64,000 bases of DNA from an uncultured Desulfospira sp. (lineage in GTDB: Bacteria > Desulfobacterota > Desulfobacteria > Desulfobacterales > Desulfobacteraceae). Location: contig OY760175.1 in assembly GCA_963663165.1 (NCBI GenBank), forward strand, positions 6,656,001-6,720,000. Direction: 5' to 3'. Shown here in pieces: positions 37,316 to 47,023 of the stretch (position 1 is its first letter; the number at the start of each line of letters is the position of its first letter). The position numbers and the translations under genes are program-made. The notes below the pieces were generated by a model, which ran no database searches, was not told the DNA's origin, and was given only the letters and a program-made list of their open reading frames with translations.

Positions 37316-38293
37316 TTAAAACAGTTTCTGCCCGATTTCCTGGATAAATTTACTGGTGGTTTCATATACACCGGGGAATGAACTGTAGGGACCTCCCTGG
37401 GTCAGACAGGGGATAAAATACTGGTTGCCGTAAGCCTTTATGGCCTTTTCAACATGTTTTTCAATGTTTTCGGCGGTCCAGTCAACGGTATCGATGACCC
37501 CGCTGTCCAAGCCTCCCATAAAGGTAATTTGGCCGCCATATTCTTTGATCATTTTCGGGATGTCGTTGGTGGTCATGACGCCCTGCCAGATATCAATGCC
37601 CATGTCAATCATATGGGGCACCAGGTTTTCGGCGTAGGAATCGCTGTGGTGGACAATCAGTTCTATCCCGTTGTCTTTCCAGAATTTATAGGCCCGTTTG
37701 TAAGGTTCAACATAAAACTCGTTGAACATGTCCGGAGACAGGAAGGATGATATCTGTCCGCCCCAGTCGTCGTGGTGAAAGATGGCATCGGGTTTGATCC
37801 GGGCAATCACCTCTTTGGCGTATGAAATTTCATAATCAACCAGAAAATTAATGAGTTCATGCATCAGTTCCGGCTCTTCATACAGGCTCATCATGGCATC
37901 TTCCATGCCCATGAGGTAATGGGTCATCTCAAATGTGCCCGGGGCATAAAAGACCGTGACAAACTGCTCCTTCCTGTCCACGGCGTTTGCATGGGCAACG
38001 GCCGCGGCCCAGTCATCATCGTTTGTGTTGATGATCGGAGCCTTAACCACTTCTTTCCATTTGGTGATATCTTGCAATACCCGGTGTTCGTCATCGTGAA
38101 CCGGAAAGGCACCGAGCTGGTCTTCAGGCCAGTCAAACGTAACGCCCCATTCGTTTACAAGCCTGCCGCCACGCTCCGGACGCTTCCGGAAAGGGGCTTC
38201 AACAATAATCTCCATAAACTCGTATTGATTGACAAACCGGTCTGGAGAACCACCCTTAATGGTCTCCAATAAATTTTCTTTTTTGCTCAACAT
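37316..38293 (-). CDS. UroD-family corrinoid methyltransferase (MT1, O-demethylase-like)
   Basis: HHDDWGGQ...FLSP, HHSDS, DMGIDIWQG and TFMGGLD. Confidence 0.85.
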   Translation of the reverse strand: MLSKKENLLETIKGGSPDRFVNQYEFMEIIVEAPFRKRPERGGRLVNEWGVTFDWPEDQLGAFPVHDDEHRVLQDITKWKEVVKAPIINTNDDDWAAAVAHANAVDRKEQFVTVFYAPGTFEMTHYLMGMEDAMMSLYEEPELMHELINFLVDYEISYAKEVIARIKPDAIFHHDDWGGQISSFLSPDMFNEFYVEPYKRAYKFWKDNGIELIVHHSDSYAENLVPHMIDMGIDIWQGVMTTNDIPKMIKEYGGQITFMGGLDSGVIDTVDWTAENIEKHVEKAIKAYGNQYFIPCLTQGGPYSSFPGVYETTSKFIQEIGQKLF

Positions 38294-38311
38294 GGTTTCG
38301 TTCTCCTGTAA

Positions 38312-38956
38312 TTAGTTGCCCATCATTTCAGTAACGAGTGATTTTGCCTTTGCCGCAGCCGTGCCGGCATCCGGTGCATACATATCAGCGCCGATCTCAA
38401 GAGCAAATTCTTCGGTGACCGGTGCCCCGCCGACAACGACCTTGAATCCGTTTGAAGGGGTGTTTTTGAGGGCCGCCACGGTCTGCCTCATGGCCCCCAT
38501 GGTCGTGGTCAGCAGGCCCGAACAGGCGACAATTTTAACATCTTCGTTGGCCTTAACCGCTTCTATAAATTTTTCTGCAGGCACGTCAACCCCTAAGTCC
38601 ACCACGGTAAACCCGACACTTTCAAGCATCATGGCCACCAGGTTTTTCCCGATATCATGAAGATCCCCCTGGACTGTACCGATAATGCAGGTGCCCAAAG
38701 AGGTGCTGCTGTCCCCTGCCAGATGGGGTTTTAGAACCTCTACCCCCTTTGACATGGCTTTGGCGGCAATGAGCATCTCAGGGACAAAAATTAGATTTTT
38801 TGAAAATTTTTCCCCCACAATCCCCATGGCATCAATCATGGCCTGTAGAAGATCAAGGGCGTTCAACCCATTGCCCAAGGCGTCTTCAATGCCCTGGGCG
38901 ATCAATTTGGTTTTGCCTTTTTCTACAAATTCCTGGACTTGTTCTATGGTTGCCAT
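38312..38956 (-). CDS. Corrinoid (B12-binding) protein
   Basis: FVPEMLIAAKAM cap, DLHDIGKNLV (DxHxxG), SGLLTTT and VGGAPV. Confidence 0.95.
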   Translation of the reverse strand: MATIEQVQEFVEKGKTKLIAQGIEDALGNGLNALDLLQAMIDAMGIVGEKFSKNLIFVPEMLIAAKAMSKGVEVLKPHLAGDSSTSLGTCIIGTVQGDLHDIGKNLVAMMLESVGFTVVDLGVDVPAEKFIEAVKANEDVKIVACSGLLTTTMGAMRQTVAALKNTPSNGFKVVVGGAPVTEEFALEIGADMYAPDAGTAAAKAKSLVTEMMGN

Positions 38957-39101
38957 TGTTCAATTCCTTGTCTTTTTATGGTCTGGTTACCGCCTGTGCG
39001 GGTTGGTAAACTGCACGGGCTCTAATGTTTTTGTTCCCCCTTTTTAAATGGCAGGGGCGCCGGGTTATGGCCTGTCAACGCTTCGGTTGACATAATCATA
39101 A

Positions 39102-39117
39102 GGCAATATTTATGCCG
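39102..39117 (-). promoter_or_regulatory. Sigma54 (-24/-12) promoter for the corrinoid operon
   Basis: Minus strand reads cGGCATAAATATTGCc (GG-N10-GC), next to a divergent sigma54 activator gene. Confidence 0.7.
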
Positions 39118-39305
39118 GGGCACTCTTTTTTTTATTTTGATTTAACAGATTGAAATTGTACCTGTTTTTTTTGAATAAAAACAGGTTGTCCTGAGTTGAA
39201 TGGTTATGATATATAATAATATTATTTGATTTTATAACTTGCGGGCAAGGCTGGGGTTGACCGTGAATACGGTTTGTCATTTACCATTTTTAAAAGGGGG
39301 CATCA

Positions 39306-42300
39306 ATGACACTGCTTGAAAAAGACTGGGATAAGATGGATCGTGACGATCAAATTATCGCGGTGTCGGCCACGTTAATTGCACCGCCTGTGTCCCTGGA
39401 TATCTGGGCCAAAGCCGCATCCCTGCCGTCTGTCAAAGTGCTTCAGCAGGCCCAGCACTTTATCGAACAAAAGGTCATGAAAACCTATGACCCCCTGGGG
39501 ATTGGATACTATTATTTCAAAGATCCGGATTTGATTCAAAACATCCTGGGCTGGTTCGGGGCTGACCAAACCGAAAAAATTGCACGGAGGCTGGTGGATA
39601 TTGTCCGGTCTGATTATCCGGAAGGCCCGGCCCAGTGGATGGCCCTGGCCTACATTTATCAGACCGCATATATTGAGCCGCCGGATGCCACGGTACTGAT
39701 CAAGGCGGCTGAGCACTGCCTTGAACTCAATCTTCAGGAAGATGCGTCGGTATATTATCAGCTGGTTATTGATCTGATGTCTTTGCCGCCGGATGATCCA
39801 ACGGCCAAAGGGGCGTATATTGATGCCGTGATCGGCCTGTTCCGCCACAGTGGCAGCACAATCCCGCTGGACCAGCAGCAGCGCCTGCTGTCCACGGCCC
39901 TGGCCTATTCAACATCTATTAAGGATGACCAGCGTGCCGCCCCGGTCCTGGCCTATCTGGGCAAGGTGTTCAAGCGGCTTGGCAATTATGATCAGGCCGC
40001 CGATATGTATGATAAGGCATGGCAGAAAGCTTCAAAAACCGGTTCTAAACAGGTAAAACGGTATGTGGCCCTGGCCTCGACAGATTTTTTATTCTGGCAG
40101 GGCCGTCTGTCCGATGCCATCAAGCGGTATGAATATGTCCTTGGCAATTTAGAAGAACTGCCCGAAGATGAATCTTCTTTGCTGGCCTGCGCCCACCTCG
40201 GATGGATTTACGGAAAATGCGGCCAGACCGGGCGGGGAATCGGGCTGATTAACTCTGTTTTAGGAAAAGCCGCTGAATTAAAACTGGTCCGTTTGACCAT
40301 CTACGCCAAGGTCCTGTCCGTCAACAGCCTCCACGACGCCAGAAAAAATGCCGAAGCCGAACCTATTATTAAAGAGCTGCTTGAGGTTCCCCCTGAACGG
40401 CTGGATAAATGGGTCCTCTGGCCCCTTTATGCGGCAAGGGCCTATGTATACGCCTGTCGGGGGGAGTATCAGACCAGCTTTGAAATGCAAAGTAAAGTTT
40501 ATGAAATCGCCAGTCAGCTTGGCAACTTCCATCACCGGGGCCCCATCAATTTTGAGTCTTTGGATATGTTGGAGGAAAATGGGTTTGTTCATCCCCAGAT
40601 GAATTACGACGATGAAGTTAAGCGGGTCATCAACTGGCCGGATATCTATATGCAGGGGGTGGGATACTATTACCGGGCAAGACGGGTGCTCAAGCAGAAC
40701 GGATCATCCAAAGCCGCCCATGACGATTTAAAGTTAAGCATTTCCCTGCTCACACAGTCCGGTGCCAAACTGGATCTGGCCTATTCTCAGATCTTGCTGG
40801 GCAAGCTGCTCATTAAGCAGGGATGTCAAAAAGAGGCACAAGACTATTTAAAAAAGGCGTGGGCCGTGCTTCGGTTTACCAATGAAAGGCTGTTTCCCCA
40901 GGATCTTCGTTCTTTTGTCCATGGCCTGAACGGGGACGGATTTTTCCTCAACCCCCTGATTGAAATCAGTGAAACACTGGGCAGTATCCGAAACAGAAAA
41001 AATCTGCTCAATCATATCATCACGCTGACCTTGCAGTTAACCGGGGCGGAACGGGGTGCTTTTTTCAGCCAATCCAAACAGGGCGGTATCGAAATGATTG
41101 CCAGCCGGAATTATGACCCCGAGCAGTTTTTCTCCCAAGGGTCGCAAAGGGCCATGCCCAATATAAAAAAGGTGATGGAGACGGGGGATGATATCGTCAA
41201 ACGGCTGGCGGGGGGGGCAAATCATTCAGACCAGGCGGCCAAAAAATATTCGGGCTGGCAGATCACCTTTCCGGTCAAGCTGCAGGGCAAGGTGCTGGGT
41301 GCATTTTTACTGGAACGGAATCTGGACGGCTTTACCATATCCGAAAGAACCCGGTCGCTTCTCAAGGCCATCTCCACCCAGGTGGCCGTTGCCCTTGACA
41401 ATGTCCAGGCATACGAGAAAATCGCAGAGTTAAAGGACCAGCTCGAAGCCGAAACCCTGTTTTACCGCAATGACCCGTCAACCACGAGACAGGCCAAAGA
41501 TATCATAGGCGATTCCGCCAAGATAAAAGAGGTGCTGGCCAAAATTTATGATGTGGCCCCGTCCGATTCCACGGTTCTGATCATTGGAGAGACCGGTGTG
41601 GGAAAGGAGCTGGTGGCCAAGGCCATTCATCAGCTGAGCCTGCGGTCCGGCGGCCCGTTTATTCCCATCAGCATCACTTCGCTGAATGAGAACCTCATCA
41701 GCAGCGAGCTCTTCGGCCATGAGAAAGGGGCCTTTACCAATGCCATGCGGACCCATCACGGCCGGTTTGAACTGTCCAACAACGGGACGCTGTTTTTAGA
41801 TGAGATCAACTCCCTTTCTTTGGATGTGCAAAGCAAGCTGTTGCGGGTATTAGAGGAGAAATCCTTTGAGCGGGTGGGTGGTTCTTCTCCCATCAAAACC
41901 AATTTCAGGCTCATTGCCGCAACCAATCAGGGCCTTGATGTGGCGGTAAAAAAAGGGCTGTTCCGGCCGGATCTGTATTACCGGCTTAATGTCTACCCCA
42001 TCATCGTGCCGCCACTGCGGGAACGAAAGGAGGATATCCCGACCCTGGTCTCCTTTTTTGTTTCCCAGTACAATAGAAAATTTGACAAAGATTTCAGGCA
42101 TATCAACAAAAAGTCCATGAAAAGCCTGATGGCCTACCACTGGCCGGGAAATGTCCGTGAGCTGAAGCACACCGTGGAGCGGGCCGTTCTGTCCTGTAAG
42201 AACAAGCTTCAACTCAGTTTCCCGAACATTACCCCTTCTGAAATCGACCCCAACGAAACCCGGTTCATGCCCCTTAAAGAAAATGAACGCCTTCACATTT

Positions 42301-42434
42301 TAAAGGCCCTAGGCCATTGCAACTGGAAAGTCAGCGGCAATGACGGTGCGGCAAAGCTGCTCGGGCTTCATCCCCAGACCCTGTATTCCAAAATAAAACG
42401 GCTGGGCATCAAAAAGAACGTTTCTATGGTTTAA
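39306..42434 (+). CDS. Sigma54-dependent activator with TPR-like, GAF, AAA+ and Fis-HTH domains
   Basis: GETGVGKE, ELFGHEKGAFTNA, LFLDEI, WPGNVREL and C-terminal HTH, with a long helical N-terminus. Confidence 0.92.
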   Translation: MTLLEKDWDKMDRDDQIIAVSATLIAPPVSLDIWAKAASLPSVKVLQQAQHFIEQKVMKTYDPLGIGYYYFKDPDLIQNILGWFGADQTEKIARRLVDIVRSDYPEGPAQWMALAYIYQTAYIEPPDATVLIKAAEHCLELNLQEDASVYYQLVIDLMSLPPDDPTAKGAYIDAVIGLFRHSGSTIPLDQQQRLLSTALAYSTSIKDDQRAAPVLAYLGKVFKRLGNYDQAADMYDKAWQKASKTGSKQVKRYVALASTDFLFWQGRLSDAIKRYEYVLGNLEELPEDESSLLACAHLGWIYGKCGQTGRGIGLINSVLGKAAELKLVRLTIYAKVLSVNSLHDARKNAEAEPIIKELLEVPPERLDKWVLWPLYAARAYVYACRGEYQTSFEMQSKVYEIASQLGNFHHRGPINFESLDMLEENGFVHPQMNYDDEVKRVINWPDIYMQGVGYYYRARRVLKQNGSSKAAHDDLKLSISLLTQSGAKLDLAYSQILLGKLLIKQGCQKEAQDYLKKAWAVLRFTNERLFPQDLRSFVHGLNGDGFFLNPLIEISETLGSIRNRKNLLNHIITLTLQLTGAERGAFFSQSKQGGIEMIASRNYDPEQFFSQGSQRAMPNIKKVMETGDDIVKRLAGGANHSDQAAKKYSGWQITFPVKLQGKVLGAFLLERNLDGFTISERTRSLLKAISTQVAVALDNVQAYEKIAELKDQLEAETLFYRNDPSTTRQAKDIIGDSAKIKEVLAKIYDVAPSDSTVLIIGETGVGKELVAKAIHQLSLRSGGPFIPISITSLNENLISSELFGHEKGAFTNAMRTHHGRFELSNNGTLFLDEINSLSLDVQSKLLRVLEEKSFERVGGSSPIKTNFRLIAATNQGLDVAVKKGLFRPDLYYRLNVYPIIVPPLRERKEDIPTLVSFFVSQYNRKFDKDFRHINKKSMKSLMAYHWPGNVRELKHTVERAVLSCKNKLQLSFPNITPSEIDPNETRFMPLKENERLHILKALGHCNWKVSGNDGAAKLLGLHPQTLYSKIKRLGIKKNVSMV

Positions 42435-42489
42435 AGGCAGATGGGAGACGGAAGACGAAAGGCTTTAGACCGGGGGCTCCCCGGCTGAT

Positions 42490-43895
42490 TCAGTTATGGG
42501 TTTTGGCAGGGTTGCCCAAGGATTTAAGCACAATGTCATCTCGGGTCTGGTACCGGCCGTCAGGGCCGGGATGGGTCATCAGGCCGCTGCCAGCCTTAAA
42601 GTCCAGGGGGCCTTTTGTGAAAAGATCCATGACCTCTATTTTTTTTCTCCGTTTTTGGGCAATGGCTGCGGTTAACAGATCGGCTTTAATCTTGAGGGTT
42701 TCAACCCGGGCCCAGTACGGGGCGAAATCAGGGCCGGCAACGGAGTTTAACAGCCAGCCGATCATGTTTTTAACCGGCGGCCGGGCAGTATACTGTTTAT
42801 AGTAGTCCGCTGCCCGGCTTAAATCGGCCGGGTGGCACCCGTCTGCTTCAATCAGCAGGCAAAATACCGCTTCATCCCGGACAGTGTCAGATGGGGCTTC
42901 AGGCCCAGAAAGCAGATTCCCCTTGAAAAACCGGGGAAAGATGCCCGTGAAGGGTCAACCCGGTCCGGGGGGATGGCCATCACGTCAAGCAATTGTCCGG
43001 GGGTAAGGCTTTCCAGAGTATTTTTCAGCATAAGGTATTCGGATATCAGCCCAAGCCGTAAGGATAAAGCGGATGGGTCAATCTGCCGGGCCATGTGGTC
43101 AAGCTGCTCAAGGGTTTTTTCACCGCACCGGTCTGAACAGATTCCGGTAAATGCCGCTTCCATCCAGGATTCGAGAAGATGGGCAAATAGCAATTTGTCA
43201 AATAGTAACCGGGCATCTTGAAAGGCTTTTTTATAAAATACGAAAAGAAGGATAAACTCATCTGCGGGGTCCTGCCGGCCTGAATAGACCCCCCATAAAA
43301 AATACTGGTTATAAATCCGGGTTAAGGATTTGAAGGGGGGGGAATTTAAAAAAAGGATGTCATGGTGAATGAGGGTATCGGGTGAAAGGTCACACACGGT
43401 ATCAAGCTGTGAAAGTTCCCTGATAATTTGTCTGCTGGCCGTTATTTTTTCAAAGGCCTCTGTGATGGGACCAGGATCATTCAACAAGTCCTCCAATCGG
43501 GCCAGTACAGGGCCTGAATCCTTTGGAAAATCCGTGTCGTTCAGCTGCCTTAAAAACGCATATCCGCCATCTTTTGGGCAGGCCGCATCGGCGTTGTGAA
43601 AGTCATTTTCCACCTGTGGGCGGTCATGCCCCAGCCAGACCAGAACACCACCAGAGACAAGGGCCCAGATCAGAATACCCGCTCTTGCCCCAGACCCGCC
43701 TGGCATGCGGCGTCGGCAAATAAGGAGGACAACAAATATCACAGCCGGAAAAATCATGGCCCCGTAAAGGATGGTTTCAATGGAAAAAAGAGCCTGGTTC
43801 ACGACCAGAAGGTTGACATGAAAGGCCAATACGGCCAGGTGAACCAGCAACAGCAGGAAAGCGATGATCGTCAATATAAAAAAGATGGGTTTCAT
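42490..43895 (-). pseudogene. Membrane-anchored hypothetical protein, frameshifted near 42860 and lacking an upstream region
   Basis: The ORF from ATG 43895 stops at 42852. Another frame continues LLIEADG...KNMIGWLLNSV to 42490. Confidence 0.6.
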
Positions 43896-43898
43896 TAG

Positions 43899-44948
43899 CA
43901 ACTGCACCGGCGCAACGATGAAATTTTGGACCCCGCCCATGTCCTCAAGGTCCGGATCGGCCTTCATCTAGGCCAGGTATCGGTCCAGAACGATGTGGAT
44001 TTTGATCTGTTCGGCCGCCACGTCAACCGGGCCTCCCGGGTGGAGGGACTGGCCCGGGGCGGCCAGATTTACATGACCTATCCCGTGTTTGACAGTGCCA
44101 AAGGGTGGCTGGAATCCCAGGGCGGTAAACAACTGGTCTGGAAAAAACACGGCCGGTATTTTTTAAAAGGGATCAAGGAAGCCGTAGAGATTTATGAAGT
44201 GGCGGATTCGGCAATCCAAAACCCAAAGCCGCCGGCCAATGCCAGGAAAAAGACTGGCCTGCCGTCATGGGTGGTCATGGTTTTACTGGTCCTGGCCGGT
44301 GTCATCGCCTCCTTCGGGGTCAAATATTTTCAACGTACCGAGGTCTGGCTGGTTGATTTCTATCCGAAACAGGCCCTGTTCAACCGGACCCATAAGCCCC
44401 TGGTGCTGGAGGAATCCAAGGACAAATCCCCGCGTAAACTGGCAGATCCCGTGCCGGCCGGGCAGTACCTGATCTATTACAAAGTGGCCAAAGGGGTCCG
44501 GTTTTTCGGCCCCCTTGAGGTAAAGCGCGGTGAGAACCGGATCAAAGTGGACTTCAAGGAATACCGGCTGCCCGCCAAAAGCGCCCGGATCAGCCTGACC
44601 CCGGAAAACGGGGACACAGACCAGGTTAATTTTTCAAAAGAGTATACCTATACCCTGTTTGATGCCGTCAATCAGCCCCATGATATGGCCTGCACCCTTT
44701 CCTTTACCCTGGACGGCCGCCCTGCAGGAGAGGTGCCGGACCAGTACGCATTCACCATCAAATGGCAGCTGAATTTAAACCAGAAAATGGTGGCCGACGG
44801 CAGCAAGACGCTGACATCCATTAAATCAGATGGCAAACGCCACCGGTTTGACACGGTGATCTTCAAGGATGATATCCATCAATTTGAATTGAATTTCACC
44901 ACCATCCGCAACCATGCCCAAGTGGATATCAGTGGGGTGTTTTTGTAA
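43899..44948 (+). pseudogene. Class III adenylate/guanylate cyclase protein lacking its N-terminal half
   Basis: LKVRIGLHLG...DLFGRHVNRASRVE...GGQIY...LKG are present, but the first metal-binding Asp segments are missing. An in-frame TAG lies at 43896. Confidence 0.75.
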
Positions 44949-45113
44949 AGGGAGGGGGGCTGTAATTGACCTTGCCTTAAGCGTGATATTTTGGTAGGTA
45001 TACGTGTTTATAATACGCAAGAGGTATTTTAAAATCCGGCCGGCTGTTTGCGTTGTGAATAAGCCGGCCGGAATGTATTCATAAACACACTTTTTCCTTT
45101 CCGGAGGCCCTTT

Positions 45114-46583
45114 ATGTCCAATATTCTACCGAACCAGGGACTGTCTTTTGATGATGTCCTTCTGGTTCCCGATTATTCAGCCATCCTGCCTGACGAGGTT
45201 CAGACCAGGACCCGGCTGACCAAACAGCTTGATTTGAATATCCCCATTGTCAGCGCGGCTATGGATACGGTCACCGAGGCACTGACCGCCATCAGCATGG
45301 CCAGGGCCGGAGGGCTCGGGTTTATCCACCGGAACCTGAGCATTGAAGACCAGGTCATCGAAGTGGACCGGGTGAAGAAATCCGAGTCCGGCATGATCGT
45401 GGACCCGGTGACGGTCAGCCCGGATGTGCCCATTTCAGAAGTTCTCAACATCATGGCCAAATACCGGATCTCCGGTATTCCGGTAACCGAAGGCGAAAAA
45501 CTTGTGGGCATTGTGACCAACCGGGATCTGCGGTTTGAAACCCAGCTTGCCAAACCCACCAGGGAGGTCATGACCAGTGAAAACCTGGTAACGGTCACGG
45601 AAAAATGCTCCCTGGAAGAATCCAAGATCATGCTCCACAAACACCGGATTGAAAAACTTTTGGTGGTGAACAAGGAAGGAAAACTCAAGGGGCTGATCAC
45701 CATCAAGGATATCGAAAAAATTAAAAAATACCCCAATGCCTGCAAGGACTCTTTCGGGCGTCTTCGGGCCGGGGCCGCCATCGGGGTGGGATCGGACATG
45801 ATGGACCGGGTTCAGGCGCTGCTCAAGGCCGGCACCGACGCCCTGGTCATTGACACCTCCCATGGCCATTCTAAGAACGTTATTGAGGCGGTAAAGCGGA
45901 TCAAAAGTGATTTTCCCGACGCCCAGGTGGTGGCCGGCAATGTGGCCACGGAAAAAGGGGCCAAAGCCCTGATTGACGCCGGGGTGGATGCGGTTAAAAT
46001 CGGCATCGGGCCGGGGTCCATCTGTACCACAAGGATCGTGGCCGGCGTGGGGGTTCCCCAGTTGACCGCCGTGATGAACTGCAAGGAAATCTCCAAGGCC
46101 ACCGGTGTCCCCCTCATTGCCGACGGCGGGATCAAGTTTTCCGGGGATATCTCCAAAGCCCTGGGCGCCGGGGCCCATTCGGTCATGCTCGGCTCCCTTC
46201 TGGCCGGAACCCAGGAAAGTCCCGGGGAAATTGTCATCTACCAGGGCCGTTCCTATAAAGCCTACCGGGGGATGGGGTCTGTGGAGGCCATGAAAAAAGG
46301 CAGCTCCGACCGGTATTACCAGAAAGATACCCTGGAAAATGAAGAGCTGGTTCCCGAAGGTATAGTGGGCCGGATTCCCTACCGGGGAACCGTCAGGGAA
46401 AATATTGTCCAGATGATCGGCGGGCTGAAAGCCGGTATGGGGTATCTTGGGGCCGCCGACATTGAAGATCTTCATGAAAAGGCGAAATTTGTCAGAATCA
46501 GTGCTGCAGGCTTAAGGGAAAGCCATGTCCATGATGTGGTGATTACCAAGGAAGCGCCCAATTACAGAGTCGAAAGCAGCTAA
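45114..46583 (+). CDS. guaB: IMP dehydrogenase
   Basis: SAAMDTVTE, CBS pair, GIGPGSICTTR, IADGGI and YRGMGS. Confidence 0.97.
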   Translation: MSNILPNQGLSFDDVLLVPDYSAILPDEVQTRTRLTKQLDLNIPIVSAAMDTVTEALTAISMARAGGLGFIHRNLSIEDQVIEVDRVKKSESGMIVDPVTVSPDVPISEVLNIMAKYRISGIPVTEGEKLVGIVTNRDLRFETQLAKPTREVMTSENLVTVTEKCSLEESKIMLHKHRIEKLLVVNKEGKLKGLITIKDIEKIKKYPNACKDSFGRLRAGAAIGVGSDMMDRVQALLKAGTDALVIDTSHGHSKNVIEAVKRIKSDFPDAQVVAGNVATEKGAKALIDAGVDAVKIGIGPGSICTTRIVAGVGVPQLTAVMNCKEISKATGVPLIADGGIKFSGDISKALGAGAHSVMLGSLLAGTQESPGEIVIYQGRSYKAYRGMGSVEAMKKGSSDRYYQKDTLENEELVPEGIVGRIPYRGTVRENIVQMIGGLKAGMGYLGAADIEDLHEKAKFVRISAAGLRESHVHDVVITKEAPNYRVESS

Positions 46584-46587
46584 GGGG

Positions 46588-47000
46588 GTTGAACAAAAAG
46601 TCCCCCTTCGGCTGTTTTATAAGAAACTGGAGACAAGAAACAAGAGACAAGAGGGCGAAGCACCTGCGGTGCCCAATTTATAGTCTACCGTTGCTGGTAT
46701 CTTCAGTTTCATTATTTGTTGTGGGCGGTTCTTGGTTGGATAATCCAAGCCGTCCGTGACGGTTATAAGAAACTGGAGACAAGAAACAAGAGACAAGAGG
46801 GCGAAGCACCTGCGGTGCCCAATTTATAGGCTACCTTTGCTGGTATCTTCAGTTTCATTATTCGTTGTGGGCGGTTCTTGGTTGGATAACCAAAGACGGC
46901 CCGTGGCCGTTATAGAAAAATCTGCAATCCTCACAACCTTAAGCCGGTAACGGTTGCAGATTTTTCTGCGCCTTGCACCCGGGCAATTTTTTGTCCGAAC
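46588..47000 (+). mobile_element. Family C MITE-like element interrupted by two family A units
   Basis: Left end gttgaacaaaaagtcccc; right part agaaaaatctgcaatcctcac...ttgcagatttttctgcgccttgca...ttttttgtccgaac matches 1338-1461. Confidence 0.6.
46618..46912 (+). repeat. Tandem dimer of family A units (long first hairpin)
   Basis: Two near-identical copies of ataagaaactggagac...cagtttc, each followed by the gggcggttcttggttggata hairpin. Confidence 0.9.
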
Positions 47001-47023
47001 ACCATCTCCCCAAAGGTCAAAAA

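Noticed and set aside
42852..42854. Selenocysteine readthrough of the TGA
   Set aside because: The same frame hits TAA within about 10 codons; a frameshift explains the continuation better.
45435..46475. 346-aa antisense ORF (and similar shadow ORFs opposite rlmN, dnaE, fusA and the acyltransferase)
   Set aside because: Fully antisense to well-supported genes, expected from GC-rich codon bias, with no motifs.
46756..46950. 64-aa ORF
   Set aside because: Made entirely of family A and C repeat sequence.
46973..47023. N-terminal extension of DnaE from TTG 46973
   Set aside because: Largely lies in the family C repeat end; ATG 47024 gives the normal N-terminus.
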